A DNA stretch of 64,000 bases, taken from Pristiophorus japonicus. Lineage: Eukaryota. The stretch covers positions 51,150,001 through 51,214,000 of the forward strand of contig NC_091999.1 of NCBI RefSeq assembly GCF_044704955.1, written 5' to 3'. Of the stretch, positions 1 to 14,179 are shown piece after piece (positions within the stretch are counted from its first letter, which is position 1; each line of letters begins with the position of its first letter). Both the position numbers and the translations under genes were made by a program. The notes beneath the pieces are model-generated. The model had not been told where the DNA came from. It did no database searches and saw only the letters and a program-made list of their open reading frames with translations.

Positions 1-520
1 CATCCACAATCAACCCCTTAAGTATCATCCACCAATCTATCCTTGCAAATTCACGCCTCGTACCTTCAAAGTTACCCTTCTTTAAGTTCTGGACCATGGT
101 CTCTGAATTAACTGTTTCATTCTCCATCCTAATGCAGAATTCCACCATATTATGGTCATTCTTCCCCAAGGGGCCTCGAACAATGAGATTGTTAATTAAT
201 CCTCTCTCATTACACAACACCCGGGTCTAAGATGGCCTCCCCCCTAGTTGGTTCCTCGACATATTGGTCTAGAAAACCATCCCTTATGCACTCCAGGAAA
301 TTCTCCTCTACCGTATTGCTTCCAGTTTGGCTATCCCAATCGACGTGCATATTAAAGTCACCCATTATAACTGCTGCAACTTTATTGCATGCACCCCTAA
401 TTTCCTGTTTGATGCCCTCCCCAACATCACTACTACTGTTTGGAGGTCTGTACACAACCCCCACTAACGTTTTTTGCCCTTTGCTGTTATGCAGCTCTCC
501 CCATAAAGATTCCACATCAT
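1..520 (-). mobile_element. CR1 LINE ORF2 endonuclease fragment
   Basis: VGVVYRPP, MGDFN, QYVEEPTRGEAILD. Confidence 0.9.
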
Positions 521-867
521 GAAACTAACATGAAACTAAAAGTCTAACACATCATTGTTGCGTTTACATCGGATATGGTTTTACATCACACTATTGGATT
601 AATTCGATTATATTATTGGTTATTGTCATGTATATTTATTGCTTTATGTGAAGATATTATAGAATAGTGTCATATATCGCTATTTACTTTAAGTAGAGGC
701 ATTATTGATAATTGTCATGTATCTGTATTGCCTATGTTTAGACGTATTATAGAATATTGTCATTTATCCTTATTGCTTTAATATGAAGGTATTAAAATTC
801 ATCATGCATTCTTTACCTGTAACACAAGTTCGAAAAATGGAAAACAATTAAAAGATTATTTAAAGCT

Positions 868-970
868 CCTGCATTTATATAGCGCCTTTCATGAACAGCA
901 GATGCACCAAAGCGCTTTACAATCAATAAAGTTCTTCTGAAGTACAATCGCTGTTGTAATGTAGGAAATC
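868..970 (-). mobile_element. SINE/L2 3' tail fragment
   Basis: gcatttatatagcgcctttc...aaagcgctttac. Confidence 0.6.
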
Positions 971-1810
971 AATTCAAAGAGATAATAATACACACCAATT
1001 ATGCACAATGCATATGAGATCGGTAGTATTTATAAATAATTTGCAAATGATTGGTCATCAGGAGATCACATGCGTGTTGTGTTTGCTTTTTACACTAGCC
1101 TCAGAAGAAGCAGATTGAAGATTTTCCAGCAGCTTCAGACAGTGGTATTTTTCTAAAGAATGTTTGCACCATATGTTAGGACTACCTCTCTGCGTAAATG
1201 CTATTGATACAGTTGCACTCATTTTGTCCTAAGTTTAACTGTTACCATTTGTTGTGCATGTGTTGATGTCTTATCTCTTCAAACCTTTATTTCATAATAT
1301 TGATTTTCTCTTTTCTAAGCTGGCAATCGAAATTCCTTCTTCACACTCCCCTCTGATAAAAGCTCACTTCTACAGCTTTGCATCTCGCTGTTGTGTGTTT
1401 TAACCTTACAATCTTACAGTACTTTCGTTTAATTACACAAAATACCAACTAAGTTATTTTATTTCATAATCTATACGTGCATCTGCTTATATTCAATAAT
1501 CTGACTATCTCAATTATTAATGTCGAGATGGTCAAGGGTGATTGGCGCTCTAAAATCTGTGCAAAAGTAAGACAGCGCCTACAGAATGGATAGAATTACT
1601 GAAAACCTAATCAGATCCTTTTACAAGATTCGATTTGGGAGAAATAGTTAAAATACCCTCAAACATGCCCACGTTGTGTGTATGTGGAACAATCTTGGAG
1701 CGAGAGGCAATCTGGGAGTTCCGTGTGAAAGCAAAGGTAGTGAGTGCATATGTTTGGTAAAGGTCTGCACCGTGAGATATTGGACAGAATCAATGTTACA
1801 ATCTATGTAA

Positions 1811-2691
1811 TTATGTAAATCATTTAACAAGTAGATTGAGAGGAAAAGTCACCATATTCTTCAACTGTTGTCTGAATTTATTCTGGATAATGGCATAAAT
1901 ACAGGTGTTGGTGTAGGAACTCAAAAGCTTCAGCATAGTTACAAATAACCTGTAATAAACTTTGGCTCATTGAAGTTGAAACCCACGGAATAATTACCTT
2001 TTGTAATTTCAACAAATAATACCTTTGCAACATAGCCATCCATAAAAAGTTAAAACTTCCTGACATGGCGAAGAGTAAAACGATGGAATTTCTGCGGTTC
2101 TCTTTTTCTAGCTCACTCTGAGTATCTTCATTGCCGTGGGCTCGAAGTCTCCTGCGGGCTCTACTGGCCTAGAATGCGTCTAACATTGAGCAGCAAGATC
2201 AGAATCAACGGGAGCCACGGGGCTAGAATGCAGCCACTCCAGTCAAACGCTGTCCATAAAGGAGGCGTATAAAAAAGTAACTTAACGTTGCAGTAACACG
2301 ATATCTTGTTAATTATATATGATGATTTATAGATAAAATCAAAATGGATGTAAAGCACAGCGCACAGACCGTTCAAAAACCACAGCCGCCGTTTTCTCGA
2401 TGCTGTATTTTGTTTTACGATTTTGCAAGAAATGGCTACAAATTGATCGAAAGTGAAAGCGATGTGTAAACCAGGCCGAACTGGCTGCAAATATTAATAC
2501 AGTACTGACATTAAACAGCGGGGTAATGGATAGGAAGCTACCTGGGGAATAAGTAATACTGATCCTATTTCATATTACAGCGATGATAATGACAAGGAGA
2601 TCGGTCAGCCCCATCGACACCAGATACAAAATGATACATCTGGAGAGACCACACCTTCCTTGGGAAGGGATCCCTTTCGTCACAAAATTCG
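1811..2691 (-). pseudogene. GPR139-like pseudogene, exon 2
   Basis: Acceptor ttgcag|CG-AAT at 2691; collinear with the intact paralog (GRCGLSRCI, TDLLVII, AFTFDQFVAI, WTAFDW, TNTCIY). In-frame TGA at 2570-2572 and frameshifts near 2465 and 2165. Confidence 0.88.
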
Positions 2692-2849
2692 CTGCAAGTA
2701 AGAGAAATGGCAGATTAGAATTCCAATATGACTTTGTGTGAATGGTGTCTGAAGGTAGTAGCCTCTTTATTTTACAGAACTAACATAGTGTCCATTGATA
2801 CCGATGCATGGCATATAACCAAGTGGTATAAGTGCGAAAGTAAATTGTG

Positions 2850-3445
2850 AGGAAGACATGAAACATTGCAAAGACCTGCAGTACATAGGTACCTGTGGGG
2901 TCTTTGTGCACGAAAAACAAAGAGTGAGTATGCAGGTGCAGCAAGTAATCAGGAAGGCAAATGGAATGTTGACCTTTATTGCAAGAGGGATAGAACATAA
3001 AGCAGAGAAGTTCTCCAACAACTGTACAGGGTATTGGTGAGGCCACTCCTGGAGTACTGCGTACAGCTTTGGTCTCCGTATTTAAGGAAAGATATACTTG
3101 CATTAGTCGGTGTTCCAAAAAGGATATTTCCACTCATAGGGGAACTTAAACTAGTGGACAGAGATTCAGAATCAAGGCCGACCATTTAAAATTGAGGTGA
3201 GGAGGAATTTCTTCTCTCAGAGTGTTCTAAATCTAAGGAATTCTCGACCCCGGAGAGCTGTGAAGGCTGGGTCATTGAATAGATGTAAGGCGGGCAGAGA
3301 CAGATTTTTGAGCGGAAGTGGTTATGGGGAGCGTGCAGGTACGTCCATGATCACATCAGCCATAATCTCATTAATTGGCGTTGCAGGCTCGAGGGGCCAG
3401 GTAGCTTAATCCTGCTTCTTTTTCACATATTCTTATGTTTTTATG
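2850..3445 (+). mobile_element. CR1 3' fragment
   Basis: KANGMLTFI, RRNFFSQ, ttcttatgt tail. Confidence 0.8.
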
Positions 3446-3720
3446 GAATAATACAGTAACATTTGAAATTACAACTGAAGTTTGTCAAAAGACCTGAGTG
3501 AAAGTAAAATAACGTGAAAAATAATGGGTTAAAAGTGAAGGTAGTTTGTTGCAGTACATGGAACATTGAAGTTAATTGGAAAATAAGAAACTGTGAAATC
3601 ACAATAAATTAAAAAGCAACGGTAAATGATGAAAATATAAAAACAGAAAATGAGCTTTCAACGTCAAGGTAAGCATTAATAATTTAATGAATCATCAATT
3701 CAAAATCAAGCAAATAATTT

Positions 3721-5326
3721 GGCCAGGATTTTGTCTTTGTAAGAATGACGAAACTCTCAGCGTTTGCCTTCATTAACTTATGAAACTACCAGCACATTCT
3801 AGTGTCCAAAGACGCAGATTTAAATGTCGAAATTTGGAAGTTGCTGCAAGTAATACCCTGCCCCTCCATAGGATGCACTGATGAAGCTCTCGAAGAAAGA
3901 AATCTTAAAATCATCGGAATTAACGTGAACTTCCACTTTTACACTCTAATATCGCATCTAAAAAACTGAAAACGTTATGCCTTGTTGAATGCGGCGAACG
4001 GCGGGTTTAAAGGCATAGCAAGTCATAATTACTGTTGAAAACGCTCTCTTGCATTGGATAAATACGTTGTAGACTGTTAGATTTCTGCATTGTGAAAAAA
4101 ATCCGAGATTGTTAAATTAATACAATATATATTTTAAGTTTTTTTAATTTATATTTCAGCTTCATTCTTAATGCCATGAGTATGTCCCAATATCATTTTC
4201 GCTTGCTATTAAATGAGTCAATAGTGAATGATAATCCATGCTTTCTACTTCCTGGGTTGCTGTTTAAAGAATTATTCATTGTCACCGTCTTCTTAGCCTG
4301 CTTGATGACATCACTGTCGCTGCACGCCAGTGATCCCCTATAGGTAACACCAGAATGAAATTAATGTTGGGAAAGGTGCAATCCATGCCACAGTGATCGC
4401 TAGATGATTGTGGGCAGTATTAATTGAGGGCAGCTAACTCCAAAATCCGTACCTCTCCTTTATCCTCTCCTTTTTTTCCATCACTTTCTTTTGCTTTGTG
4501 TCCATGACTTGGCTTTTGATTAACTATTATAACTTACCCTTCCTGGATCAAACTTGGCATGTCTGTGTAAGGATTTCTTTCAGTCTGGTTGGTTAAGGAG
4601 ATACGCAGTTACTGGTCCTCTACACACACTGATCGGCGCTGTTTTGGATTTCTGCAGACCAAAAGGTCCAGTGCAAAAATCCATATAAAGTCTGTGGGCA
4701 AGTGTAAGTACAATGAACGGCTAGCCTTGTTCGTTGAACGCTGTCCACAATTAACCAATCAGATCGAACAATCCGCTGAATCTGAACCAAGAAGTGTAGT
4801 TAGAATAATTACTTCAAAACCAATCATGTAAAGCGAAATAAATTGAAGCAACGAAAGCTAGGATAAAGGGAGAGAGATAAAAGTGAAAGAAATAACAAAT
4901 ATTTATCTTTTACACTTATTGAACATCTCCAACAAAAATTAACAACAGAAGGAACAGGACTCTGCATATGTAAAAGTTATGTTACAGTCCCAGAGAGATA
5001 GCTTGACAGTCATTAATAATTATCTCGCCGTTAAAAATAATTTACATATCAATTGACTTACCCTAAATGATTCTGCGGTGTAAAGTGTGTATCTATCACA
5101 TAACTATTCCTACTTCACGCCGTGTATTTGAAAGCCGAGTCTGTCGGCAAGTCCCGGTTAAAGGATACAGGAAGCTCCTGTAGGAGCCAAGCAACTCGGA
5201 TGGCAACTTTCTGATTTCACCATTTGATTCTGCATGAGTGGACGCCGCAAGTTGATGTCCGATTTACTTTTAATAAGAGTAAGCGCTGATAGCCTCGCCT
5301 TTAATTGTTTTAGCAAAGTCAGGGCC
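3721..5326. mobile_element. Non-autonomous DNA element with long imperfect TIRs (GGCC ends)
   Basis: 3721-3845 is an imperfect reverse complement of about 5200-5326; no transposase ORF. Confidence 0.6.
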
Positions 5327-5706
5327 AAAGCTTTTAAACCTCATTTCAAGGCACTGATCAGAAGTAAGACACAATGTCTCGGATTTTCCTGTAGAAACAA
5401 CGGCAAGGCTATCAGTGCTGTGTTCCATAAACTGGGCGGGTTCAGATACGAGGCTGCAAATCGGTTGTGAAGGAGAATAATCCTGTATCCATTGTGTGCA
5501 TGAGTGTGTATGAGTGTGTGTAAGAGTGTGAATCGGAAGTTAACTAATTGTTTCAAAAAAATAAAAAACAGAAAGCTGGGATACATTATTGTCTCAAAGG
5601 ATACAACTTTAAGGGAGGAATTGGTGCTTAAGACAACGAGACAATTATAACTTAACTCCAACAAGTAAGCGATTTGTATCAATAATAAATTAATACAATA
5701 ACTTAC

Positions 5707-5776
5707 ATGGGACTCCGAGAGCTGCAAGAACGATGTAGTAAATGGTATAAATCAGGCTCTTTTGTGGTGCATGCAT
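5707..5776 (-). pseudogene. GPR139-like pseudogene, exon 1 (MHAPQKSLIYTIYYIVLAALGVP)
   Basis: Same 70-nt length and phase-1 gtaagt donor as exon 1 of the intact paralog. Confidence 0.85.
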
Positions 5777-6449
5777 TTTCTGTGAGCCATTCTCTGTGAC
5801 ACATAAAAAGGTACCTTTGTTTATATCTGGTGTTACTCGTCCGAGAGACGATTTGATCACATCATAAATTTATTTTTGTCAGTTATTTAAACAAACAAAT
5901 TAACAATGATTTTCACGTATGGGAATTGAATACAGTGAATGGAACAAGCAGATGTGAGTCACTTTTACTCGAATGGGTTGGAAGCATTAGACTGGATTCA
6001 AATAGAAATTATACAGGCCTAAAGCGATTTTAAGAGATTCTATGAAAAGCTTGTTGTGGAGTTGCCATGGTGAAACAAAGAGCCAAACATGAAAGGAGGT
6101 CACAGTGACACTGTTACTGTTCAAACCTATTTGGCAGAGGGAGGGAAACAAGGGTGATGTGTCAGAGAGGAGAAACATGTCAAGAATATAACTGGGAGAG
6201 AAACCACGTTAGAATAAAGAGTAGTCTAGAAAAAGGAGGAATCAGACAGAAGTTGCTGTCAGATTCACAGGATAAACGTGGTGAACGCTGACAGTTTCGC
6301 TGCAATTGCAACCGCAAAATACGAGCCATTACGTCTACTGCATTACCCTTTATTTACTTCCTCAAATAAATTAAGCTGATTGGTTAGACATCATCGGACC
6401 TTTTGTATTCCGCAACGATTAATCTTTATGACATCTAGTTTCTAGTTTA

Positions 6450-7060
6450 TAGATGTTTTTCTACTACATCTTTTGGTAAATGTTGAGTAAGTAGCAAGAA
6501 AGATAAAAAACAGATTGTAAGACCTTTTACAAGTATGTAAAAAGGAAGAGATTAGCAAAAGTAAGTGTTGGTTCCTTACAGGCTGGAACAGGTGAAATAA
6601 TGAAATGGCATAGACTTTAAACAAATATTTTATTTCTGCCTTCACAGTAGTAGACACAAAAACATAAAAAAGCAATGGAAAAACAAGGGAATATTAAGAG
6701 TGAGGAACTTAAATTCATTAATATCAGAAGAGAAAAATAACTTGAGAAACCAAAATGACTAAAGGCCTACAAATCCATTCGACCGGATTGCCTACACCCT
6801 AGGGTTCTAAATGGGGTGATTGCAGAGATAGTGGATGCATTGGTTGTCATCTTCCAAACTTTTCTGATAATAGAATGGCCCAGTGGATTGGGAGGTAATA
6901 AATATAACGCCACTATTCAAGAAATGGAGCAAAGATTAAAAAGAAAGGGAACTACAGGCCAGGTAGCCTGAACTCAGTCGTCGGGCACATGCTGGAATAC
7001 ATTACTGAGGAAATGATAAAAGAGTATCATAACTCAAATAAATGTGTGAAACGTGATTTC
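6450..7060 (+). mobile_element. CR1 ORF2 fragment
   Basis: Degenerate PGPD-LHPRVL and GNYRP regions. Confidence 0.7.
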
Positions 7061-7079
7061 CTTGGAGCAGCTGACTCCA

Positions 7080-7665
7080 TCCCTCTGCCCAACTTCTGTC
7101 TGAGACTGAAGCAAACCTTGATATCATATTTTGACCCTGAAATGAGCTTCTGACGACGTGGCCACAGCACTTGCCTCAGCGCATCCGGTGCTGTAGCCCT
7201 CATCCATGTTTTTGTTACCTCTAGATGTGTCTGTTCCAATGCACTCATAGCTGGCCTCCCACATTCTACCCTACATAAACGATAGGTATCTAAAACTTAG
7301 CTGCCCGTTTCCTGCTCACCCATCGCCCCTGGGCTCACTGAGCTACATTGGCTTCTGGTTAAGTAATGCCTTAATTTCAAAATTACCATCCTTATTTTGA
7401 AATCCCTCCATGGCATCGCCTCTCCAATCTCTCTAATTTCTTCCAGCCTCTAATTCTGCCCTCTTGCGCATCCCTGATTATAATCGCACAACCATTGTTG
7501 GCCGTGCCTTCTGTTCCCTGAGCTTCAAGCTCTGGATCTCCCTCCCTAAACCTCTCCGCCTCTCTACCTCCCTTTCCTCCTTCAAGGCGCTCCTTAAAAC
7601 CTACCTCTTTGACCAAGCTTTTGGTACCTGCGCTAATTTCTCCTAATGCGGCTCGGTGTCAAATA
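7080..7665 (+). mobile_element. L2 LINE 3' fragment
   Basis: GRAFCSLSFKLW...SSFKALLKTYLFDQAF. Confidence 0.75.
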
Positions 7666-8339
7666 TTTCAGTAGCAAAATTCACATTCGGGTTTCTGACA
7701 GTTGCCCCTATCAAGAACCAACAAAGATTGGTGGAAAATTAGGTTTAATTTATTAACAAGTTTTATTATTGACATACGCATGCACTGCAGTCAAAAGTTA
7801 GCTGCGGGTGTATAGTTTTGACAGCTTTATTAAAACAAGATTAAAACTTGTAACCTCTACAGGGCATCAAATCCTGCAGTAGGTTGATTGTACAGCCCGC
7901 CCTAATTTATTTATTTGTTAATGGGAATCAAATCGGATGGGGTATATGCTCTCTTGTAAGATCCATGCAAATTTGGGCGAAAGTTACTGGCGCCCAGATT
8001 GAGGCATATACTGGTTCATAGTTCAGCGTGATTGTTAAGTAACTAGGATCCAGGAAATTCCTGCTCGAAATTCAGGAGGAAGCCATGTGAAATACATTTT
8101 AAATGCAAATCTAGCAATTAACTGGTTTATGTTGATGTGGGGCGAGGGCATTATGCGGTCTGGTTGCAAAGTCTAAAACCCACAGTTCCTGGATATAGCT
8201 CCTTGACCTAATCTGCAAGGGGAAACATGATTTCCCAGCTCAATGGAGATCACACGCCTACAATGCGAGATGAATGGGAAAGCAATCTACTGGAATTGAA
8301 CTGTATTGATGCAAAGTCTGGCAAAGAATGCTGAATAGC

Positions 8340-9845
8340 ATAGAACAAAATAAATAGGCGCAGAAGTCGACCATACGGCCCCTTGACCCTGAGCGCCAAT
8401 TAATAAGATCATGGCTGTTCTTCGACCTCATACCCAATTTTCCACCTGATCCCCATATCACATGATTACATTTGCGTCCAAATATCTATCACTCTAAGCA
8501 TTCAATATAATCAACGACTGAACATCCACAGTCCTCTGCGTTACAGAATTCCAAAGAATCGCAACCCTCTGAGCGAAACAAAATCTCCTCATCTCAGTCC
8601 TCAATGGTCGACCCTTGTTCCTGAGATGAAACATCCTATTTCTAGACCATCCAGGCAAGGGAAACACCGTCTGAGCATCTAGCCTATCAAACCCTCTGAG
8701 AATCTTACGTCTTTCAATGAGATCATACTTAATGCCAATACATTGAGATATAATCCAAAACCGGGCAAAACTGTGGCAGTTGGAGTTTAACGTGAGTATG
8801 TTTGAGATCATCCAATTGGACCTAAGAGAGATAGATCAGAGTATTTACTAAAGTGTGAGAAGCTTGGAACTTGAGAGGAACAGAGAGGTTCCCACGTACA
8901 GGAAGCACTACAATTCAGTGGACAGGCACAAAATATATTCAGAAAGGCAAATGGAATATTGGCCATTATCGCAAGTTATTACAAGCGAACTGGAATACAA
9001 AAAGGTTGAAGTACAAGTACATATATAAGACTGTAGGTAAAACACATTTAGTGTATTGTGTTCAATTCTGGACCTCTTTCAATTCCCATTCCAGCACTGT
9101 TACCTCTGGAGTTCCCCAGGAATCTATCCTTGGCAACTCATGCTTCCCATCTCCGTGCTGCCCCTCGGCGATTATATCCGAACACAATATTATAGATTAC
9201 ACATGTATGCTGATGACACCACGCTTTACCTCATCATCTGGTCTCTCGACACCTAAACTCTCTCAGATTTGTCAAACAGCCTGTGCTACATCCAGTACTA
9301 AATATCATTGTCTTTGGTCTCTGGCACAAACCCCGTTCCCTAATTACTGACTCTACCTGGTAACTTTCTGAGCCTGAACGAGACTGATCGTAATCTTGGT
9401 GCCATAATTGAACATTGGATGTGCACCCTACCACATTACTGATCCATCACCACGACCGCCTACTCCGAACTCCATAACTTCGCAAAATCTATCTCTGCCT
9501 CAGCTCAGCTGCTGCTGAAAACATGAGCCATTGCTTTTTGACATCTAGACTTGACTTTGCAATGCACTCCTTGCAGCTTACCTACATTCTACCCCACCGT
9601 AAACTTTAGATCATCCAAGACTCTGCTGTCCATGGCTTAATTCGCTACAAATCCTGCTTACCAATCATCCCTGTGCTCGCTGACCCACGTTGGCTCCTCA
9701 TCTGATAAATGCTCGATTTTATAACATTAATTCTTGTTTTCCAATCCCTCTACGGTCTCGCCTCTCCCGACCTCTGTAGTCTCCTCCAACCGACACTCCT
9801 ACGAGATCTCTGCGCTGCTCCAGTTCTGGCCTCTTGAATATCTCC
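8340..9845. mobile_element. Nested CR1 (-), CR1 (+) and L2 (+) fragments
   Basis: CR1 tail at 8340; GVPQ.SILG and HMYADDT RT motifs at about 9105-9220. Confidence 0.7.
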
Positions 9846-9849
9846 GGTA

Positions 9850-11960
9850 ACTGGGAGGCCAGAGGATTGGGAATTTTTTTTAACAGCAAAGGATGACTAA
9901 AAAAAAAACCCAGAGAGGAAAGATAGATTATGAGAGTAAATTAGCAAGAAATATAAACAAACAGATAGTAAGAGTTTCAACAGGTATAAACAAAGGAGGA
10001 GAGTAGCAAAAGTAAATATTGGTCCCTTACATGATGAGACTGGTGAAAAAATAATGGGGAACAGGGAAGTGGCTAATACTTTGAATACATATTTTGTATC
10101 GGTTTTTATGGTAGAATAAAAACATCGCAATAAAAATAATCAAGGGGGTATAGGGAGGGAGGAACTTTAAACTATCCTTATCACTAAAGTAAAAGCACTC
10201 GGTAAAATATGGCGACTAAAGATGGACAAGTCATCTGGACCTAGTGGCCTGCATCCTAGGATCTTAACAGAAGTTGCTGCGGAGATACTGGATGCATTGG
10301 TTCTAATCTAGTAAAATATCCTGGAGTTTGTAGAGGGCTCGGTGGATTGGAAAACCGCAAATGCAACACCCCTATTTGAAAAGGAGGCAGATAGAAAGCA
10401 GGAAACTATAGACCAGTTAGACTAATATCTGTCGTTGGATAATTGCTGGAGTTCATTATTAAGCAAGCAATAGCCGGACATTTGGAAACCAATAATAAAG
10501 TCAAGCAGAGTCAGCTGTGTTTTATGAAAGGGAAATCATGTTCGACAAATTTTCTGGAGTTGTTTGAGGATATAAAAGGGGGAACCAGTGGATGTGATTT
10601 GTTTGGATTTCCAGAAGGCAGTCTATAAAGTGCCACATAAAGGGTTACTGCACAAGATAAGATTGCACGGGGTTTGGGGAAATATATTACCATGGATAGC
10701 GGACTGGCTACCGAACAGAAAACATAGAGTCTGGAATAATGCAACATTTTCCGGTTGGCAAATGATAAAGACTGCGGTGCAAGTGTCTCAACTATTTACA
10801 ATCTATAATAATTATTTGGATGAAGGGTCCATGTAATGTTGTCAAGTTTGCTAATGATACAATGATGGGTGGGAAAGCAAATTGTGAGGAGGACACAGAA
10901 AATCTGGCAGGAAACATAAAAAAGCAAATTATTATTTAAATGGAGAGTAATTGCGAAATGCTGCAGTACAGAGTGAACTGGGGTCCGTGTGCATGAAACA
11001 TAAAAATTTGGTCTGCAGATACAGCAAATAATTGGGAAGGCAAATGGAATGTTAACCTGTATTGCAAGGTGTAAAGAGTATAAAAGCAGACAAGTCCTAC
11101 AAAAACTGTGTAAAGTATTGGTGAGAACACTCCTAGAGTACTGTGTACGAATTTGATCTCATTATAGAAGCAGGGATATACTTGCATTGGAGGCTATTCA
11201 GTGATGGTTCACTAGGTTGCTTCTTGAGATGAACAGGTTGACTTGTGAAGAAAGGTTGAGCAAGTTGGGCATATACTCCTTGGCGTTTAGAAGAATGAGA
11301 GTTGATCTTATTGAAACATACAAGATACTGAGAGGGCTCGTCACGGTAGATGCAGAGAGGATTTTTCCCCTCGTGGGTTATTCAAGAGCTAGGGGGCATA
11401 GTTTTAAAATAAGGGGTCGCCCATTCAGAGCGGAAATGAGGAGGAATTTTTCTCTCAGTGTGTCTTACATCTCTGGATTTCTCTGCCAAGGAAAGCTGTG
11501 GAGGCTGGGTCAATGAATATTTTTAAGCGGAGATAGGCAGCTTTTTGAGTGATCAGGGTGTAAAGGGTGATGGGGAGCGATCAAGGAAGTGGAATTGATT
11601 CCGTGATCAGATCAGCCATGATCTTAATAAATGGCGGAGCAGGCTCGACGGGCCAAATGGCCTATGCTTGCTCCTATTTCTTGTGTTCTTAATCGCTCAA
11701 CCTTTGACAGCTGTACCTTCAGCTGAAAAGGCATAAGCTTTCTAATTCCCTCCCTAAACATCTACGCCTCTCTGACGCCTTCTCCTTCTTTAACACGCTC
11801 TTTATACGCTACCTCTTTGTCCAAACCTTTGATCACCTGCGCTAATATCTCCTTAAGTGACTCGTTGTCACATTTTGTTCGATAAAGATCCTGTGAAGTG
11901 CCTTGAGATTCTTTACTATGTTAAAGGCGCTGAATAAATGTAATTTATTGTTGTTGTGCA
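9850..11960 (+). mobile_element. Decayed CR1 ORF2 to 3' end, followed by an L2 tail
   Basis: KGKSCSTN, LDFQKA, RARGHSFK; L2 tail aaaggcgct...ttgttgttg. Confidence 0.85.
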
Positions 11961-12947
11961 CCGCGCAAGAGGAATGATATATTAGCCAGAATGACACGAA
12001 GCATTTATTTTTTGGTATCAGCGAATAGCACACGGAAGAGAAACGTGTTGATTTGGTGAATTGCAAACATTCCTTTAAAGCCATAAAGTTCACAGTGTAT
12101 ATTTATACATTGAAGAAGTGCCAGTCAGTGCCTGGTAATCAGTTGGCCCAGTACATCACCATGTTTTCTCTAACACTTACCCTTCACGTTCCTATTTCAC
12201 AGTCTCAGTGTATATATTCTTATCATTTCATTGGAACAGAGGCAGCTGGAATGGATAGGGGAGGTTCATCACATGTAAGACTGAAGAGTTGTTCTTCAAA
12301 TTACAACATGCAGAGATTGCGATGTAAAAGTGCGTGTTGTTTACATTAATCAACGATTAATGCAACAGAACAACATTACGAAAAAGCTGCGACCGAGGTG
12401 TAGTCCCACTTTTGTGTGTAGACACTTTACAGTTTTATTTTTCGGAGATTTCTAGCGAAATATTGTACAAACATTCTTTCAATTTCGCTAGAACTAACGA
12501 TGGAGAATATATTTTCTTATATTTACTGTATCAGTAATGGAGCAATTATTTCTTGCCCGTTTAGGCTAATCCAAGTGAAAACAACGAGGGACATTTTGTA
12601 CATCCAAGTGAGCTGGCAGTGTTATGTTTAAGATTCGGGCCTGTAGCTCTCTCATTAATGGATACAGCTACTTGTGTTTAAAGTGGAGACAGCAAATTTG
12701 GTAAAAAGGAGAACGAAAGAGGGATAATAAAATTATAGCTTATCTCTGCTAGAATCAAAGTAACAGTATTCCATTTTCGGACACAACTCACTCGCTGCAG
12801 TTTCAATCCTTTTCCCTTTCCTGATGCAATGTCCAATCTCAGCTGTACGGACAAAGGACTGCGGCTGAGCGGTGGGCACTAGGAGGATAGAACAACGAAG
12901 CTGTTCTCATCTGGGAGCAGTAATGAACTTGTCTGTCCAACCTATCG

Positions 12948-14178
12948 GGAGGCTCCAAAGGGCGTTGCAGCCAGGGTTGACCAAAAGAGTGTGACATGCA
13001 GGAAGGTACCAAAGATCTTTGCAACCAGGGAGGTTCCAAAGCGCTTTACACCCAGGGAGGTTCCAAAGGGCTTTACACCCAGAGACGTTCCAAAGTGCTT
13101 TACACCTAGAAAGGTTCCAAAGGGCTTTACACCCAGGGAGGTTCAATGGAGCTTTACAGCGAGGGAGGTTCCAAAGTGCTTTACACCCAGAGATGTTCCA
13201 AAGATATTTACACCCAGGGAGTTTCCAAAGATATTTACACACAGGGAGGTTCCAAAGTGTTTCATACCCAGTGAGGTTCCAAAGTGCTTCACACCCAGGG
13301 AGTTTCCAAAGAGATGTATCCCCAGGGAGGGATGTATCCCCAGGGAGGATCGAAAGTGTTTTACACGCAGGGAGCTTCCAAAGAGATTTATACCCAGGGA
13401 GTTTCCAAAGATATTTACACCCAGCAAGGTTCCAAAGTGTTTTACACCCGGAGGTTCCAAAGTGTTTCACAGCCAGGCAAGTTCCAAAGTGTTTTACACC
13501 CAGGGTGGGTCCAAAGTGTTTTCATGCAGAGAGGGTCCAAAGTGTTTTACAACCAGGGAGGTTCCAAAGAACATTGCACCCAGGGAGGTTCCAAAGCGCA
13601 TTACACCCAGGGAGGTTCCAAAGGGCATTACACCCAGGGAGGTTCCAAAGAGCATTACACCCAGGGAGGTTCCAAAGTGTTTTACACCCAGGGAGGTTCC
13701 AAAGTGTTTTACACGCAGGGAGGTTCCAAAGTGTTTTACTCCCAGGGAGGTTCCAAAGTGTTTTACACCTAGGGAGGTTCCAAAGTGTTTTACACCCAGG
13801 GAGGTTCCAAAGAGCATTACACCCGGGATGGGGGGTGGTTCCAAAGTGTTTGACACCCACAGGGAGGTTTCAAAATGTTTTACACCCAAGGAGGTTCGAA
13901 GGCGATTTACACCCAGGGAGGTTCCCTGGAGCTTTACACCCAGTGAGGTTCCAAAGTGTTTTACACCCAGGGAGGTTCCAAATTGTTTTACACCCAGGGA
14001 GTTTCCAAATAGTTTTTCTCCCAGGGAGGTTCCAAAGTATTTCAGACCCAGGGAGGATCCAAAGTTTTTTACACCCAGGAAGGTTCCAAAGTGTTTTACT
14101 CCCAGGGAGGATCCAAGGCGATGTACTCCCAAGAAGGTTCCATGGAGCCTCACACCCAGGGAGGTTCCAAGGTGCTTT
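12948..14178. repeat. 27-bp minisatellite (cccagggaggttccaaagtgttttaca), about 45 copies
   Basis: Visible tandem periodicity; translates as a 9-aa repeat on both strands. Confidence 0.95.
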
Positions 14179-14179
14179 A

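Noticed and set aside
12786-12945. Exon-like stretch with a gtgagt donor on the minus strand
   Set aside because: Stops in all three frames and no recognisable homology.
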